A stretch of 64,000 bases of DNA from a virus. Lineage: Duplodnaviria; Caudoviricetes. The stretch's first letter is position 1, and the number at the start of each line of letters is the position of its first letter. Below the pieces are notes generated by a model. That model saw nothing but the letters and a program-made list of their open reading frames with translations, ran no database searches and had not been told where the DNA came from. Below are positions 19,194 through 32,587 of this stretch, piece by piece. The position numbers were made by a program, and so were the translations under genes. The stretch is taken from positions 1-64,000 of IMG/VR virus record IMGVR_UViG_3300037067_013742; one strand, given 5' to 3'.

Positions 19194-20834
19194 ATGCCAG
19201 TTCCAATCTTTAATTTTAATTGTGGGACCTTTAGGATAAATACCACTCCTACGGTCTGCTTTTTTGTACCCGAAGCGGCTGACTTTACTGTTGGGATTGC
19301 CGGGATTAGTGATTGGGATATGGCGAAGATTTCTATAAACGGAGAGCCCTTCGCTACCATTGCTGGAAGTTTAGCTGAGACGGGACTTGGTTGGTACTAC
19401 TATAAACTTCACACTTCAGAGGATGCTAATGAAGGAACGATCCTTCTAAACTTTCAAGATACAGATAGTGCTGATGTTTACGTTACTCTTACTCTTATTA
19501 ATGTCGCCCCAATAGGGGCCGCAATGACTTTGTCTGCTGGGGCTATTACTTCTACGGTTCTTGCTGATAATGCAGTTACTGCCGCAAAGTTAAATGCTGA
19601 TTGTATTACCTCTGCCAAGATTGCTGACGACGCATTTTTAGCAGTTAATTTTGGTGATGGGGCTTTTACTGCCGATGCCTTTGCTGCCGATTCTTTGGTT
19701 GCTGCTACTTTTGCGACAGGGGCAATTAGTGCTGACGCTATAGCTGCTGGGGCAATTCATGCAACAGCTCTTGCTGCTAACTCTATACATGCTACTGCAT
19801 TAGCGGCAGATTCGGTTACGGCTTCTTCTCTAAAGGCTGATGCTGTAACAGAGATTCAATCAGGATTGGCAACAGCAGCTAATCTTACTGCCGTGTCTGG
19901 AAGAATTCCGGCTGCTTTGGTTGGGGGCAAGATTGATTCTAACGTTGGAACGATTACCAACGATGCTATTACAGCAGCATCTATAGATACGGGGGCAATT
20001 GTTGCGGCTACCTTTGCTGCGGATGCTATTTCGGCAGCGTCAGTTGCAGCGGCGACAGTGACTAAGATTCAGAATGGTCTGGCGACTTCTGCCTCTATAG
20101 CAGCTTTGAATGACGTGTCTACTGGTGATATCTCGACGACTCTTGACTCTCAAGGTCTGACTGCTATTAGGGCTGCGAAGCTAGAAAATCTGGATAACTT
20201 AGATGTTGCCTCATCTACATTAGCTACGGCAGCTAACTTAACTACTGTCGATGGAAAGTTGCCAGCTGCATTGGTTGCGGGTCGTATAGATGCTAGTATT
20301 GGAGTCGTTGCTAACGACGCTATAACTGCGGCGGCTATTGATACTGGAGCTCTTACCGCTGCGGCTTTTGCTGCTGACTCTATTGCTGCGGCTGCAATTA
20401 AGGCTGATGCTGTTGCCAAGATACAAGCTGGTATGGCTACCTCTGTAGAGATTACTAATCTTAACGACCTCTCTGGAGCTGACGTCCAGACCGTTCTTGA
20501 CACCCAAGGGTTTACCGCTCTTAGAGCTGAGGCAATGGATAATATGGATGCCCCTATTACGACAAGATCAATGCCTGGCGATGAGGTGACTATTGATAAT
20601 GCTACTGTTACCGCTATTGCTGAAGCATTACTAGATACTGTTGATGGTATTGAGTCCTCTATTACGGTAAGAGAGGCTCTTAGGATTATTCTTGCTGTTG
20701 TGGCCGGCAAAACAACGATAGTAGGGGATAGCCCACCTGTTGTTACCTTTAGGAATACTACAGATACCAAGAACCGTGTTGTTGCCCAAATGTCTGGCTC
20801 TCAGAGAACTTCCGTAGTTCTTGATAAGACCTAG
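19194..20834 (+). CDS. Ala-rich repetitive virion/tail-fibre-like protein
   Basis: Repeats AITAA.I..GA / DAV.KIQ.GLAT; C-terminal TVREALRIILAVVAGK...FR. Confidence 0.6.
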   Translation: MPVPIFNFNCGTFRINTTPTVCFFVPEAADFTVGIAGISDWDMAKISINGEPFATIAGSLAETGLGWYYYKLHTSEDANEGTILLNFQDTDSADVYVTLTLINVAPIGAAMTLSAGAITSTVLADNAVTAAKLNADCITSAKIADDAFLAVNFGDGAFTADAFAADSLVAATFATGAISADAIAAGAIHATALAANSIHATALAADSVTASSLKADAVTEIQSGLATAANLTAVSGRIPAALVGGKIDSNVGTITNDAITAASIDTGAIVAATFAADAISAASVAAATVTKIQNGLATSASIAALNDVSTGDISTTLDSQGLTAIRAAKLENLDNLDVASSTLATAANLTTVDGKLPAALVAGRIDASIGVVANDAITAAAIDTGALTAAAFAADSIAAAAIKADAVAKIQAGMATSVEITNLNDLSGADVQTVLDTQGFTALRAEAMDNMDAPITTRSMPGDEVTIDNATVTAIAEALLDTVDGIESSITVREALRIILAVVAGKTTIVGDSPPVVTFRNTTDTKNRVVAQMSGSQRTSVVLDKT

Positions 20835-22122
20835 ACTCCAGTTATTAGATTATAGATCTGCTTCAGAAGAGATTCTTTGCTAAAGGCTTCGCCAGTAGAC
20901 CAGATGAGGCTAGCTCCTATACCGCTAGCTTGCTTTGATGGGATTGTTGGGCCGGCATTATATTTTGAAGTTCTAACTTCTAGCTCTGTGGTCCTAACGT
21001 CTGAGTATCCAAGTGGAATTATCAGGTCGATTATTACCTCTGGTAAACCGTCTACTTTGAATACTCTTCTCAGAGTAATCTCAGGAGATCTCTCATCCAG
21101 GATTTCTTCGGCGCGCAAGAGAGAAAAACCCACGCTTGTACAGTAGCTTTGGATTGTTGTTGTTAGCTCATGAACATTTCTATAGGAGCTATTTACGCTG
21201 GTAAGAAGAGTTTGAAGTTGATCTGCATAAGTAGTCATGCAATTAGACTATCACTTCTTTCTTACTATCTCTAGAATCTCTTTTTCGGAATCCTGTAAGT
21301 AGCTGGATTTGAGACATGGTGATTGCCGCAGGAGGGGCAGTCGCAATACTTCTCTTTGGTGAGGACTTTTAGTTTTACGCGGCCACACTCTTTCTCATTA
21401 GTCTGATCTACGTTATTTATCCAAGCTACGTTGTTACCACAGACTGGGCAGGACCAAGAGTGTGAATCAATACCACTCTGGCTTGGTTGATTAGGGTCAA
21501 AGCAGTCATATTCAAAGTAGTGTCCCGCTTCACAAAGAACTTGAATAATCCCAGAGTAGCTCACGGCGTCACCTCTTTTGTCTAATATCTAATTGCGCTT
21601 TCAATATGAAATCCCCCCTCCGGACAGGGGCTTGTGAATCTGAGTACAACCTCTATCTCGTTCACGGCATGCTCTATACTTACGATATATTCGCGATCAA
21701 TGGAGTGCAGCCCACACTTGCAATGTCTTATTGTGTATTTTGCCTTACTATGATCTCCGCCACAGTGATGCACTGTATGATCTCCATTTGATAGATGGTG
21801 GATATGATGGCACCAGGCTAGCATCTATTTTGTCCTCATAGGCTCATATTCGCAGTAAATACAGAACATGCTGTTATCATAGGCACAATAACGGCATGGA
21901 TCTACCTCTAGCTGCCGAATATGTGAACACATCACCATCCTTACTGAATAATCGAGTTTCAAATATCTGGGCCACCCTCCCGGTACAGGCGTCTCTTTAT
22001 ATTTTGCCTTAGCTATTTTTATGGCTGCGTCGAAATCACCTTTGACTTCTTTCTCTGCCCTAATCTGTATCTTTACTAGTTCTTCTTTTGTTGCGGGCCT
22101 ACCACCCATGTGCCACCTCTTT

Positions 22123-22584
22123 TTAGCCTACCTTTTTAAGCAGCTTTATAGATGAGCAGAAGACTGTATTGTCTGGGAACGGGCTTGTCTGTATATCATT
22201 CCCAATCCTTTTCCTACTACGCCTTTGAGACCAGTACCTCTCTACCTCTCCGAATGGTATGTCGTAGTGCAGGCCATCAGTTGTTCTCGAAACTACGATT
22301 TCTCGTGGTCTTCTTCCATGATAAAGTTCTGCCTCTGCTTCAAAGATAGTGAATCCTTTAGTGATTCCTTCTCCTCCTCTAAGAACCTCTCTCTTCCAGT
22401 CTCTTGCGTCTTCTAAAGAAGCAAAGGCCATTAGAGGACTTTCGTAAATGATGGGATAGTCCGTTTTACCGAGCCTATACTCGTTGTACCAACTAGATCC
22501 TATCTTTCCAAGCCAAGCGGAAATAAGCTTTTTTCCCTTACGGAGGCAGACCTTATAAACAATCTTCTTGTCTGATTTCTTCAT
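22123..22584 (-). CDS. KVYKV paralog family, copy 3
   Basis: IVYKVC...LMAF...PDNTVFCSSIKL. Confidence 0.75.
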   Translation of the reverse strand: MKKSDKKIVYKVCLRKGKKLISAWLGKIGSSWYNEYRLGKTDYPIIYESPLMAFASLEDARDWKREVLRGGEGITKGFTIFEAEAELYHGRRPREIVVSRTTDGLHYDIPFGEVERYWSQRRSRKRIGNDIQTSPFPDNTVFCSSIKLLKKVG

Positions 22585-22901
22585 ATCTTCTCCCTCAGTC
22601 GGTCTATAGCAATTATAGCGGCTCTCATCTTTTGTCTGGCAGAAGCGTTGTCGGCGTGGAGGAAGATGGAGGGAATCTTATACTCGAACTCTTTGGTAAA
22701 GATTTTCTCTTCTAGCCAGAGGAGAACATCGTTTCCGGTCCTCTCTCCATTTGAATTACCCACATCTCCCAAGTCGTGGTCTAGATCGAGATGGGTAACT
22801 TCGCCCGACTCAAGAAGCTCAATGACTTCATCCGGCCAGAAACAGCGAACCCAGCCTTTAGGAGCTGGGCGGGTATCATCGAGCCAAACTTTTATAGACA
22901 T
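22581..22901 (-). CDS. Cyclic-phosphate-processing receiver-like (cREC) domain protein
   Basis: WLDD.RP.P.GW...LDHDLGD...TG.DVL.W...H..N. Confidence 0.75.
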   Translation of the reverse strand: MSIKVWLDDTRPAPKGWVRCFWPDEVIELLESGEVTHLDLDHDLGDVGNSNGERTGNDVLLWLEEKIFTKEFEYKIPSIFLHADNASARQKMRAAIIAIDRLREKI

Positions 22902-23804
22902 TTCAATCCTTTCTCAGCGGCAGAGAACCGCATCGCGCCCCCTTCGCCCCGCGAGCACGAAAACTTGTGCTGCTCGGCCCCTCTGCACTCTGGGCATACG
23001 GCTTTCGGTGGCTCGTCGGCAAGGGCAGGCGGTACCCTGCACGTCTTGCACTGTCCATCGCGGGGCCTGCACTCATACTTGCAGTAATACAAGATCTCAG
23101 CCCTCGCCCTGTCGCGCTGCTCCTTCCGTTTCTTTAGTTCATCTTCGATGAATGACCAGGGCGGACAGTTTATTTCTTTGCTCCAGCCAGTACTACGAGC
23201 TATTCTATCGACCTCCGCTTCTTCGACAGTCGTCCCGTGCTCAGTGATAAGTGCCTCAACTAGTTCAAATAGGTCTTCAGAATTACGAACCAAATCGTTT
23301 CGTACTAATCCTGGGTCAAGCGATCTATTTATGGTATCGCGTAAGACCCCCAGCGCCTGCCTTAATGCTACTTCTTGCTCACTATTCATTTGGTACCGTC
23401 TTGACTACGCAGCCCCGAAGGTCTGCTGCATCTAAAGCCTCTTCTAGAGAGCGATAATCTCCATAGTTATAGTCACTAAGCCATGGGACTACTCCTCTCA
23501 ATCGATATCTGCTTCCACACTGATCTTGTAGAAAATCTACGTCACAGTGAGTTGGGGTATCTTCCGCCGTGAGGGCTTTATAGATAGGTATGGTGGCTAA
23601 AGCCAAGACCAACAGGATTCCAACTGAGATAGAAATACTTAGGATGCCGTTATAGATCCAGCGACTATATCGTTCTACACTAGCTTCAGACTCAGCCCTA
23701 TTAAGCGCACGTTCTAGAACCCTGTTTCTTTCTGCTAGTTCGCCGATCTTCTCGGCCATCAGGGTTTCGTCACTGTCCTGCTTTTTGCTAGTCATTCAAA
23801 TCTC

Positions 23805-24344
23805 CTATGATGATGCTAATCCAAAGAATAGGAATCTCTTCTCTTTCCTCTTGCCGGTAAGATGTGGGTCCATATCTATACATCCGGCGGGACCCCACTT
23901 GTCTCTAACTCTATCATCGCTAAATGTATAAAGAAGTCTATGGGCGAGAGTTTCTAGTGGGAGGGAGGGCTTACAGCTATCTCTCTCCTCTCTAAGATTC
24001 TTTATTGCTTTACGTAGGTCTTCTAGGATGAAGGCTTTCCCATCTCTAATCCAGTAAAATAGGTCGACAGCTCTAAGAGCATCAACTACTTGCTCTCTGG
24101 TGAGTTGTTTTGCCGGCGTGGAAGAAACCCACTTTATAATGCCGGCAAGACCCTTTATCATCTTGGAATATCTTTCTTTTAGATCCTTCCAAGTATCTTC
24201 TATCATTACGAAATCAGACTTCTCGGCTATGGTTCCCGTATAGCCACCATGGCCATGCTCATATTGAGCATTTTCCCTAGCCTGATGGAAAGCTTCTTCT
24301 GCATTCCGGGCAGATACTATATTCATAAAGTCATTAGCTCCCAT
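23805..24344 (-). CDS. Conserved phage hypothetical protein
   Basis: GHGGYTGTIAEK, DKWGPAGCI and FFG.ASS motifs. Confidence 0.65.
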   Translation of the reverse strand: MGANDFMNIVSARNAEEAFHQARENAQYEHGHGGYTGTIAEKSDFVMIEDTWKDLKERYSKMIKGLAGIIKWVSSTPAKQLTREQVVDALRAVDLFYWIRDGKAFILEDLRKAIKNLREERDSCKPSLPLETLAHRLLYTFSDDRVRDKWGPAGCIDMDPHLTGKRKEKRFLFFGLASS

Positions 24345-25404
24345 TACTTACTTTTCCTTTCCTCTTCTTCTGGTTTCTCAAAGACCCACTCTTTATCTCC
24401 TGGCTCAGAGCCGCAATTACGACATCGAACTTCTCCATCTGAACAGAAGGCAATGGGTCTATGAATCTCCCAGTCGTTCTCTCCACAAGCACAGTCTGGA
24501 TAGGATTCAGTACAGTCACAACCTCCTTCTGAGGCGTGGTATTTTGTACCGCAGAAACTACACTTATTCCAATAGCAGTTCCAGTCATCAGGAACATTAT
24601 CGTATCCATAGTGGCCCATTTTTGTAGTCCCTCTCATAAGAATTTTATGAATTTTAGAACTGAGTTTTTTACATAATCTAAATAATGCTATTTTTCTAGG
24701 CGATAGAATTATCTAATAATTATGTGGTTTAAGGTAGGAAGAGGTGCTAGTTGTAGGGGTTCTGAAGACACTTTAGGACGGAATATTTTGGCCTTATGGT
24801 GAAGGAAACTCTTCCAGACTCATCACACTTGAGGTTTTCTATTTTGTCCGGCCGGCGATGCATGAAGTTTTCAAAGATATCTAGGAAGTTTTGGCAGATT
24901 ACTCTCTTGCCTTCTTCTGTTAGCGGGTGACCAATGTAGCTAGTTAGAGACCTTCTAATTCTGTTGGCCATATTTCTCATTGTCGATGTCCTCCAAAGTC
25001 ATAGGGGTTCTGACAGTAGTCTCGATAGTATGAGTTCTCTTGAGGCTTTTGAGCGGCGATTTTATCATTCGCGGCGATCAACTCCTGACGGAGATTCCAG
25101 AGCTTTATTCGAAGACCAGCTAGTAGTCCGAGGAGCGAACCATCTTTACAGACGCAAGGCTTGCCATTTAGCGTCTCTTTCTTGCCGAGGCAAATATCGC
25201 AGACATTATCAATCTGGTTAGACATTTTCTACCCTTATCATCTTTCCGCAGTTTGGACAGTTTATCCAACTTGTCACATCTAAGTCTGAATCGGATTTTA
25301 TCTCAACCGAGACTACATCTATGGGACAGTATTCAAGGGTTGCACCGCAATGCTTACAGATGATCTTCTTAACAACACTGGCATCTGGTCCGATATCTAT
25401 AATC

Positions 25405-25812
25405 TTAATCGTCATCTACTAACTCTACTTTCTCTAGAAGAGTAATAGACTTACAGAAGACTGTACCGTTGGGGATTCCCATTATCCCCGCTATCTTCCT
25501 TAGGTGTGGGTACAACCAGAACTCTTCGATAGTTTCTAGGCTTGCTCCATAAGCACTTGGTAGAGCTTTGGGATATTCGTGCTTTTCTGCGATCTCAGCA
25601 TCAGCAAGGTAAGCCTCTTGATTGTCGCACATGGTGAACTCCTGAAGGCTTTCTATGTGTCCAAAAGCCATAAGGAGCGAGTCTTTGATCTTAGGGATTG
25701 TCTTCTCTCCGATCCTATATTCTAGGTCGGTACTGTCATTATCCATCCTCCCACTCATTACTGCCGAACGAAGCTTTCCCTCTAATTTACGGACGACCTT
25801 ATAGACTTTCAT
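25405..25812 (-). CDS. KVYKV paralog family, copy 4
   Basis: MKVYKVV...LMAF...GTVFCKSITL. Confidence 0.75.
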   Translation of the reverse strand: MKVYKVVRKLEGKLRSAVMSGRMDNDSTDLEYRIGEKTIPKIKDSLLMAFGHIESLQEFTMCDNQEAYLADAEIAEKHEYPKALPSAYGASLETIEEFWLYPHLRKIAGIMGIPNGTVFCKSITLLEKVELVDDD

Positions 25813-26104
25813 CCTTCTTCCTTTTCTTCCAGGCACTCTTACTGGGTGCTATCTTCTGTCTAACAGAGGAGGGAACGATACCTTCCTTTATGTCGGTTTC
25901 GACTCCACATTCGATACACTCGAATGTAATGTAGTAGTCAGTACTGCCGTCGTAATGTTCTGATACCGTTTGGTAGAGGTCTCCCTGTTCTACTAGGAGT
26001 TCTGCCCCGCAGCCTCCCATGCCATTGCCGCTTCCGGTACACTTAACTTTTACTGACCAGCCCTTTTGGGGCCTACCCTTCTTGATAACCTTCATTCTGG
26101 ACCT

Positions 26105-26404
26105 CTACTCTACTGAGATAAGTTTCCCAAAGATTCCATTAGGGCCTATCCACCCATTTATTCCGCCGCGATTATTACCAATCTGAAAGCGGTTACCTTC
26201 TATAGCTTTTATTAGGTGGAGATATTCAGAGCCATGAACTTTACAGAGAACTATATCTCCCTTTTGAAGAGTAGATATATCTGTGGGGGCTACTGTACAG
26301 AGTTGATTAGACTCTATCCTAGGTGCCATTGAGTTTCCCCGCGGTCGGAAGGAAACAGTCTTGCCTTCTTTGAGAGCTTCTATATAGTGAGCGGCCCAAC
26401 CCAT
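26105..26404 (-). CDS. S24/S26 peptidase-like small protein
   Basis: G.SM.P.I, GDIV, HLIK, GNN. Confidence 0.65.
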   Translation of the reverse strand: MGWAAHYIEALKEGKTVSFRPRGNSMAPRIESNQLCTVAPTDISTLQKGDIVLCKVHGSEYLHLIKAIEGNRFQIGNNRGGINGWIGPNGIFGKLISVE

Positions 26405-27651
26405 TACTTACCTTGCTCGTCCAATCTCTTTGCTATGAGAGGATAGGAAAGTCCTTCAACGTACTCGTATCTTACTGGTACCATCCTGTCTTCAGGATAT
26501 TTGTATTTTGCCGACTCTGGACAAGCTCGTATCTCATTAGCAATCTCAATAGTCTGCTTTGCTGTCTCGAGTAGCGAATCTGGGCAGGCTGGAAGTGTTA
26601 TCCAACATCCTGACCACCCGGCAAGCCGCCGAACAGAACGATCGCCTTTTGGCACGACGCAAAATACGGGCCGCATCCCATCAGCCTCGATGTTGACGCT
26701 CAAGCGGTTGCCCTCACGCTTTGGGGCGAGTTTGTCGAAGAATTCTCGGCGGATGGGCGCTCGGACGGAGGAGCAGCCGGGCGGGTGATCTTGGGGGCGA
26801 CGACGCAGATTCGGAGACCTTGATTCGTCTGGGCGACGATGTATACTAGAACTGATGGACGCAGTTGAAACCACTCTTCTCCTTTACCTCCTAGATGCAC
26901 TTCAAAGTGCACCGTCGAAGTCACAACAACTATTGAAGCTTGCAGAAGACGGGGTGGCAAGGTCGGAACAGTACACGGCCAAGATTGCTCGGCTACGCCT
27001 AGTGGCCAATGATCAAGCCGCGTTACGTGAACAGATCAAGCACGTCACGCTGGAACTGCGCTAACGCCTCGTCGGTTCTTTACCGACGCCTACTTTGCCA
27101 CACTCACACCGCCGTATTCCTACACGCGCGTCTTCGCTTTAGTATCGCAAGCCTGTGAATCACAATGTGCGGAACTCACGCTTTCAATAATATCAAGCAC
27201 ATGTCTCTACAAGGTGCAGCACCCCCTGGTCTTTGGTAAGAATCATCTACTTCTCCTAAATGTATTATCGCAGAAGATAAAATGGATCGTTCTTTTCCTT
27301 GGCGGGGATTGTAACATCCTCCGTTGCTTCATTTCCGAAGAAGTCTCTAAAGAAGCTTTTTAGGGCCTGGCTAAATGGTTGGTGGACGGTACCAAAGAAT
27401 CCATCTTTGAGGGTATGGACCCGTCCTTTTTGATGTTCCAGAATAACGTGAGGACTATACTTGAGAGAGCGCTCTCCCTCAAGATGTTTTCTTTTAATTA
27501 TGAGAATGAGGTATTCTTCCGGGTCTATGTCGCTCATTTTAGAACCACCTTATTCTAAAGCAGTAGGGACATCTATCTAGATCTTCATCTAGAAAAGCTC
27601 CACATCTGTAGCAGATAAAGTAAGCAATATCTTGGTCTAGTTGGGATGGCC

Positions 27652-28323
27652 TCATTTGCTGTTCCTCCCCATTTTGCGGAAGCTCCACTTTCTATCGAAG
27701 CCATGGGTCTCAGCTTTTAGTACATCTGAGATAGGCACTATTGGATCTACTTGCTTTGCTAAGGTAGAGCCAATGAACATCTCTAGTTCTTGGAAAGCTT
27801 GCCAAGGGTCCATTACTTTCTGGAACTGGAGTTTATTTAGCGGCGGATTAATTTCTAGAACAGTACGATTATTATCTCTGTACAAATGGAATATTGGAGA
27901 TTCTATTTCTCTAAATAGATCATCTCCCTTAAACCTCGCTAAGTTAATAAGGCAGTTCTTCCAGTTCTTTTTGTTGAAGTACCTCTCCTCGTCCCACATT
28001 AGGAAGCTTTGATCTTCCTTTACCTTACAGGTAGAGATCATCTGCTTTATTGTTTCGAGCGTGTAGCAGAACTCTCTCTTGTTAGAGCCGGGGGTAGTTG
28101 GGTAGCTGTAAAAGGGAATAAACTTTCCGCAAAACCCTACTAGGTTTGTAGAGATGGGCCATTCTGGTCGGTATCGGTGGAATATAGGGACTAGGTTAAA
28201 CAGTTCTCTGAGTCCATCTAATGGCTTTGCGACTTTTATAGTATTTCGGACAAACTTAACCCCGTTATCCTCCTGAGTTTGGACGTTATCGTAGTAGTCT
28301 CTAAATGGAGAATGAATTCTCAT
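27652..28323 (-). CDS. Conserved phage hypothetical protein
   Basis: F.DYYD...DP..AFQELEMFI...HGFD motifs. Confidence 0.65.
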   Translation of the reverse strand: MRIHSPFRDYYDNVQTQEDNGVKFVRNTIKVAKPLDGLRELFNLVPIFHRYRPEWPISTNLVGFCGKFIPFYSYPTTPGSNKREFCYTLETIKQMISTCKVKEDQSFLMWDEERYFNKKNWKNCLINLARFKGDDLFREIESPIFHLYRDNNRTVLEINPPLNKLQFQKVMDPWQAFQELEMFIGSTLAKQVDPIVPISDVLKAETHGFDRKWSFRKMGRNSK

Positions 28324-28838
28324 TACCTTATCTTCTCCTATAATTTAAAGCCGACCCAGCCCCAAACAGAACGTAGTTCTTCTAGTCTCGCTTGTGATTC
28401 TGGGAGCTTTAGTATGGCTATCCTTCTAGGGATTAGAGCTCTATCACAAGCCATATCAGAATTATGTAAGTCTATAGGGAATTCTATCCATTCTCCAGAG
28501 AGTAGTGTTTTGGCGCGGGAAATAATCTCTTCAACCGTAAAGAAACCTCTGTTTGTTAAACATTTTTATTATCTATCCTTTAATCTCTTCCAAGTCCAGA
28601 AGAAAACTTTTTTGTAGTAAGGATGGGTGAGATCAGGCTCAACATAGGAATCTATTAGCTTCCATCTACCAGAGTAGGCTGGCTTCAGGGGAATTATCTG
28701 CGATGGCCATCCCTTTCCACCAAGCCCATCATATTCCATGCAGATTAGGTTGGTGGTAATTACATAGTCTGGGGGCTCTACTGCTACACCAGCTTTACGA
28801 TAAGGTCCTTCGGCCATTTCTTTTAACCCGCATTAAAG

Positions 28839-29294
28839 CTAGAGAGAACTACGTCCCTTCAGCTCTTCTCGAATCTTTTCCCACTCGGCTACCAGCCAAG
28901 CATAACCAGCATCCACTCTCTTCCCGCCATATTCATAGTAGTGGTCAAAGGGTAGGGTGGACTCCTTAAGAAGCTTCTCGATATTTAGCCAAGACTCAAT
29001 CTTTACTCGGAGGGCCTTCTTAATAAGTTCCTCGAAGTCATCGACTTGCTTCAGTCCATACTTCTTCTTTAGATTGCGGCCCATCTCCTTAGCCTTAAAG
29101 CCAGAAGTCATAGCTAGCCGCATCTTTTCAGGGTGATTATCAGGAAGGTCAACTCCGAGCCAGTACCAGTAGGCTTCAATAGAACAGAAGACTTTCCCAT
29201 CTATCCTGATAGGAGAATAGGCCCAGTTAGATAGAAGTCTACCAAGCTCAGTCTTCCCTTTAGAATAGATATTAATGTGGGTTTGGCCGTCCAT
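28839..29294 (-). CDS. NADAR/YbiA-like phage protein
   Basis: LG.LLSN.A.SP, F.SIEAYW, G..AK..G, LL.ES. Confidence 0.5.
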   Translation of the reverse strand: MDGQTHINIYSKGKTELGRLLSNWAYSPIRIDGKVFCSIEAYWYWLGVDLPDNHPEKMRLAMTSGFKAKEMGRNLKKKYGLKQVDDFEELIKKALRVKIESWLNIEKLLKESTLPFDHYYEYGGKRVDAGYAWLVAEWEKIREELKGRSSL

Positions 29295-32200
29295 TAAGAC
29301 CTCCTACTCATCTTTAAGAAAATTAGTGAGGGCTTCTATAAGGGGTTGGATTGCTAGTCTAGGCAAGTGGAAATAGTGGCTGGCTCCCATACATTCGATA
29401 CCGACAAGTATATCTTTCTCACTCTTAGAGAAGTTCAGGGTGTAGCGGCCGTTTATGTATAGGAAAATGCTCTTAGACGTTTCCATTAGGCTCTTCCTTA
29501 TCTTTAGATTTCTTCTTGTCGGATTTCTTGTCTACATACTCAATACCTTTATCTATTCCATAGGTAATTAGCTTTGTTCCTGCCGCGGTAAGGACAGCTA
29601 TGGTTACTGCCTCTAAAATCCTTCTAGCTGCTTCATGAGCAAGGATAGTAATCATTATTAGTCCTTTAATTGGGCATATCAACTAAGGTAGGTACGTAGG
29701 GTAGTGGACAAATCCACCGATAGTTCCCCTCTGCTCACAGGTACAACTGTCCGAATCATATCTCCGTTCTGAATGTCGGACACAGTTATAATGTGTGCCA
29801 GCTACCTCACAGTTGTGTATCTCCCGCTGGGCTTTTTCATTGGGGCTTTGTACGCCAGCATGAATCCCTAGGAAAAACATAAAAACGCAGAGGGCTATTG
29901 CCCCTCCGAAAATGACCCAGCCTGCCGCATCTTTATTACCGGCAAGGTTCTTCATTCTTCTCCCTCAAGGAAAGTTTCTTCAGGTTTACTGTTAGCTTCT
30001 CTAATAGATTTAGCAAAAGATTTTAGTCTAGCCATAGGACAAGAGAATGGAACTACCTTAATGTAAGTATCTGAGGGACATTCACTTGTCTTAGTTTCAC
30101 AGCAGTCGATAAATGGACATGGTTTGGCCGGCGGAATACAGCCAGCTTCTAGTCCATTAGTATTCATGTATTGAATATATCCATCTTGCATATTAGGTAT
30201 TTTCCTAATGATATCTAAGGGAATTTAATTAAGGTAATTTAATTTTTGGGTAGCCAACGGTTATTTAGATAATTATATATCTGGGCGGTTCTTGAAAGGG
30301 GGTCCTACACCCAATTGCTGCGCAAAACGAAGCGCGTAGTTTCTCATTCATCCTAGACTTATAGTCTTCGGGGCGAACCACACAAACTCAGAGGTCTTAC
30401 CTTCGGATTCTATTCCGGTGGAGGAATCAAGACTCTTTAATTTGTAACTCTATTAGCAGTACTTCGATAGCCTGGATCAAAGATCCTACGACGATCATAT
30501 CTCCGATTACTCTGCGATAAGATCTCTATCTTCTGACTGACGTTACGTTAGCACTACAAATTTATTGTGGCCCCGCCTAACGTAGATTGATTCTCAATCA
30601 CTGGGCTTTTTCCTTCGCTCCCCTGCGGTCGCTGGAACTTGTTCCTTATAGGTACTTCCTCGAATTGCGAAGTCTTATGTATCTACGATACCGCAGACGG
30701 AATTCACATTCGGATAACCTATTACGGCGTTCCGGACGGAAGGGCTAGATATTTATTATCTATTTATTAAACAACCAACTAGTCTGGTTTTTTAAGATTT
30801 TCCGGGTGGGGCTAAGGCTTGAGGATTTCTTCTTCAGCAGATGCTTCTACTATGTAGACTCGACGACCAAACTGGTCTTCGCTATCAAGTTCGAACTTGA
30901 GCTCTGCCTCTGGGAAGTTTCTTAGAAGTTCATCAAAGTGACCTGATACTGGCGGAATCTTTCCAGTAAGGATGGCAGCTACTTCTTCCGTACTAAGCTC
31001 TACAGCTTCAATTCTCTTCATATCTTCTCCTGTACGATATGGGCCTAGCATTATTAGCCTCTCTAATCCGGGCGGATTTCACAACCACCGCCACTATCAA
31101 AGATTTGGCGAACAATCTTCTCAGCGTCTGATGTTTTGCACTCTATCTCTGCACGATCAAAGAATCCTCTAATTTCTTGGCGAGTAAATTTATCTTTTAG
31201 CAGATCAATTAGCCATTTGAAATTAGCCATTCTATAAGAATTAGGAAATAGAATTATCTTTATTACACAGTTCTCTGATGGCTCGTAGTAAGCCCCACCA
31301 GTCCTACCATCAAAGGGAGGACAGGCATAGGCTGTTGGTGCATATGATAGTGGGCTTATAGAGTTCGGCGTCTTCCTAGAGACTCTGAGCTCATCTAGGA
31401 GAATATAGACTTGCGTAAAGAATGCGCAATCTGCATCCCCATTTGGGTCTTCGTCTGCAATGATTGCTCGGGTCTTTACAAGGTCCATTATCTTCTGGAG
31501 GTTCATTTAGCTTCCTCGGTTGGTCTGTAGGGACATCCCGTTTCTGTAGGGCAGCCGCCACAACGAATCTCTTCGCATCCATTATTTGGGAGCTCGTAGT
31601 CTCGGTCTATCTCTTTGACATCGTCATCATCAAACCTAACAATGTACTCATCGGGGTCGTAGCTCAGTTGGATATTACGGATGTCGAGATCATTTACATA
31701 CTTGAGTCCCTCAATGAAACCACGAGCTCCTGCTTCTGACTTGAATCTACGAGCCATTTTCATGGGGTTTTACTCCACTAGGAATTAGAGAGAATTTTTA
31801 GGTGGGTATTACTTTAGCTGATAGAGCTATTCCTATCGACATGAACCCAGACCATTCGTCCATTGGCGAGTAGGTCTTCTGTTACTACTTTAGTAAAGGC
31901 GTCGAGGATTTGAGAGAGATTCATATGCATTGGATCTGGGGAATCTGGTATTGCCTCCCGGCGATCCAAAAGGTAGTCAAATATATACGAATCTATACGC
32001 TCACCACTATCTAGGACTATAGACCAGTTATTTCTGCTCATGACTTATCTTCATCATAGTTATGAATGATTATAGTTGTATCTCCATGATGTTCTTTTGT
32101 GGGGATACACCAACAAGTCTCACCGTCCCGACAATGACCTTCCCACTCGCCAATGATTTCGCTTGAGGCATAGCTCCAGGCTCTGTCCATCTGGTCTAGT

Positions 32201-32587
32201 TCTCCGTTTTCTATTCTTTTAATAGTCCAGTGGACAAGAATAGATGAGCCAGTAATTTGGGCGACAGAACCAAACTCCTCGTGGACTTGTCGGCCGCTGG
32301 TAACTACTAGCCGGGCAACCCGATCACCAATCTTGGGATCTCTCATAGTTCTGTCAGCCTTCTAAGCTCTACTCTACTTCTCTCAATAGTTTCTCTAAGA
32401 ACTATCCATTCTGCTAGATTAAGCGTTAGAGAAGTTGGGTTTCTATCTGAGTCAAAATAAGTGATATCAATCTTATGCTTATAGATATTTAGGTGTCCCT
32501 TGCTAGAATCAGAGTCGCTGGAAAGAGTGACATGGATCTCGCTATCCGGCATCTCTAGCTTTATCGTATCCAGTTCTATATGATTTT

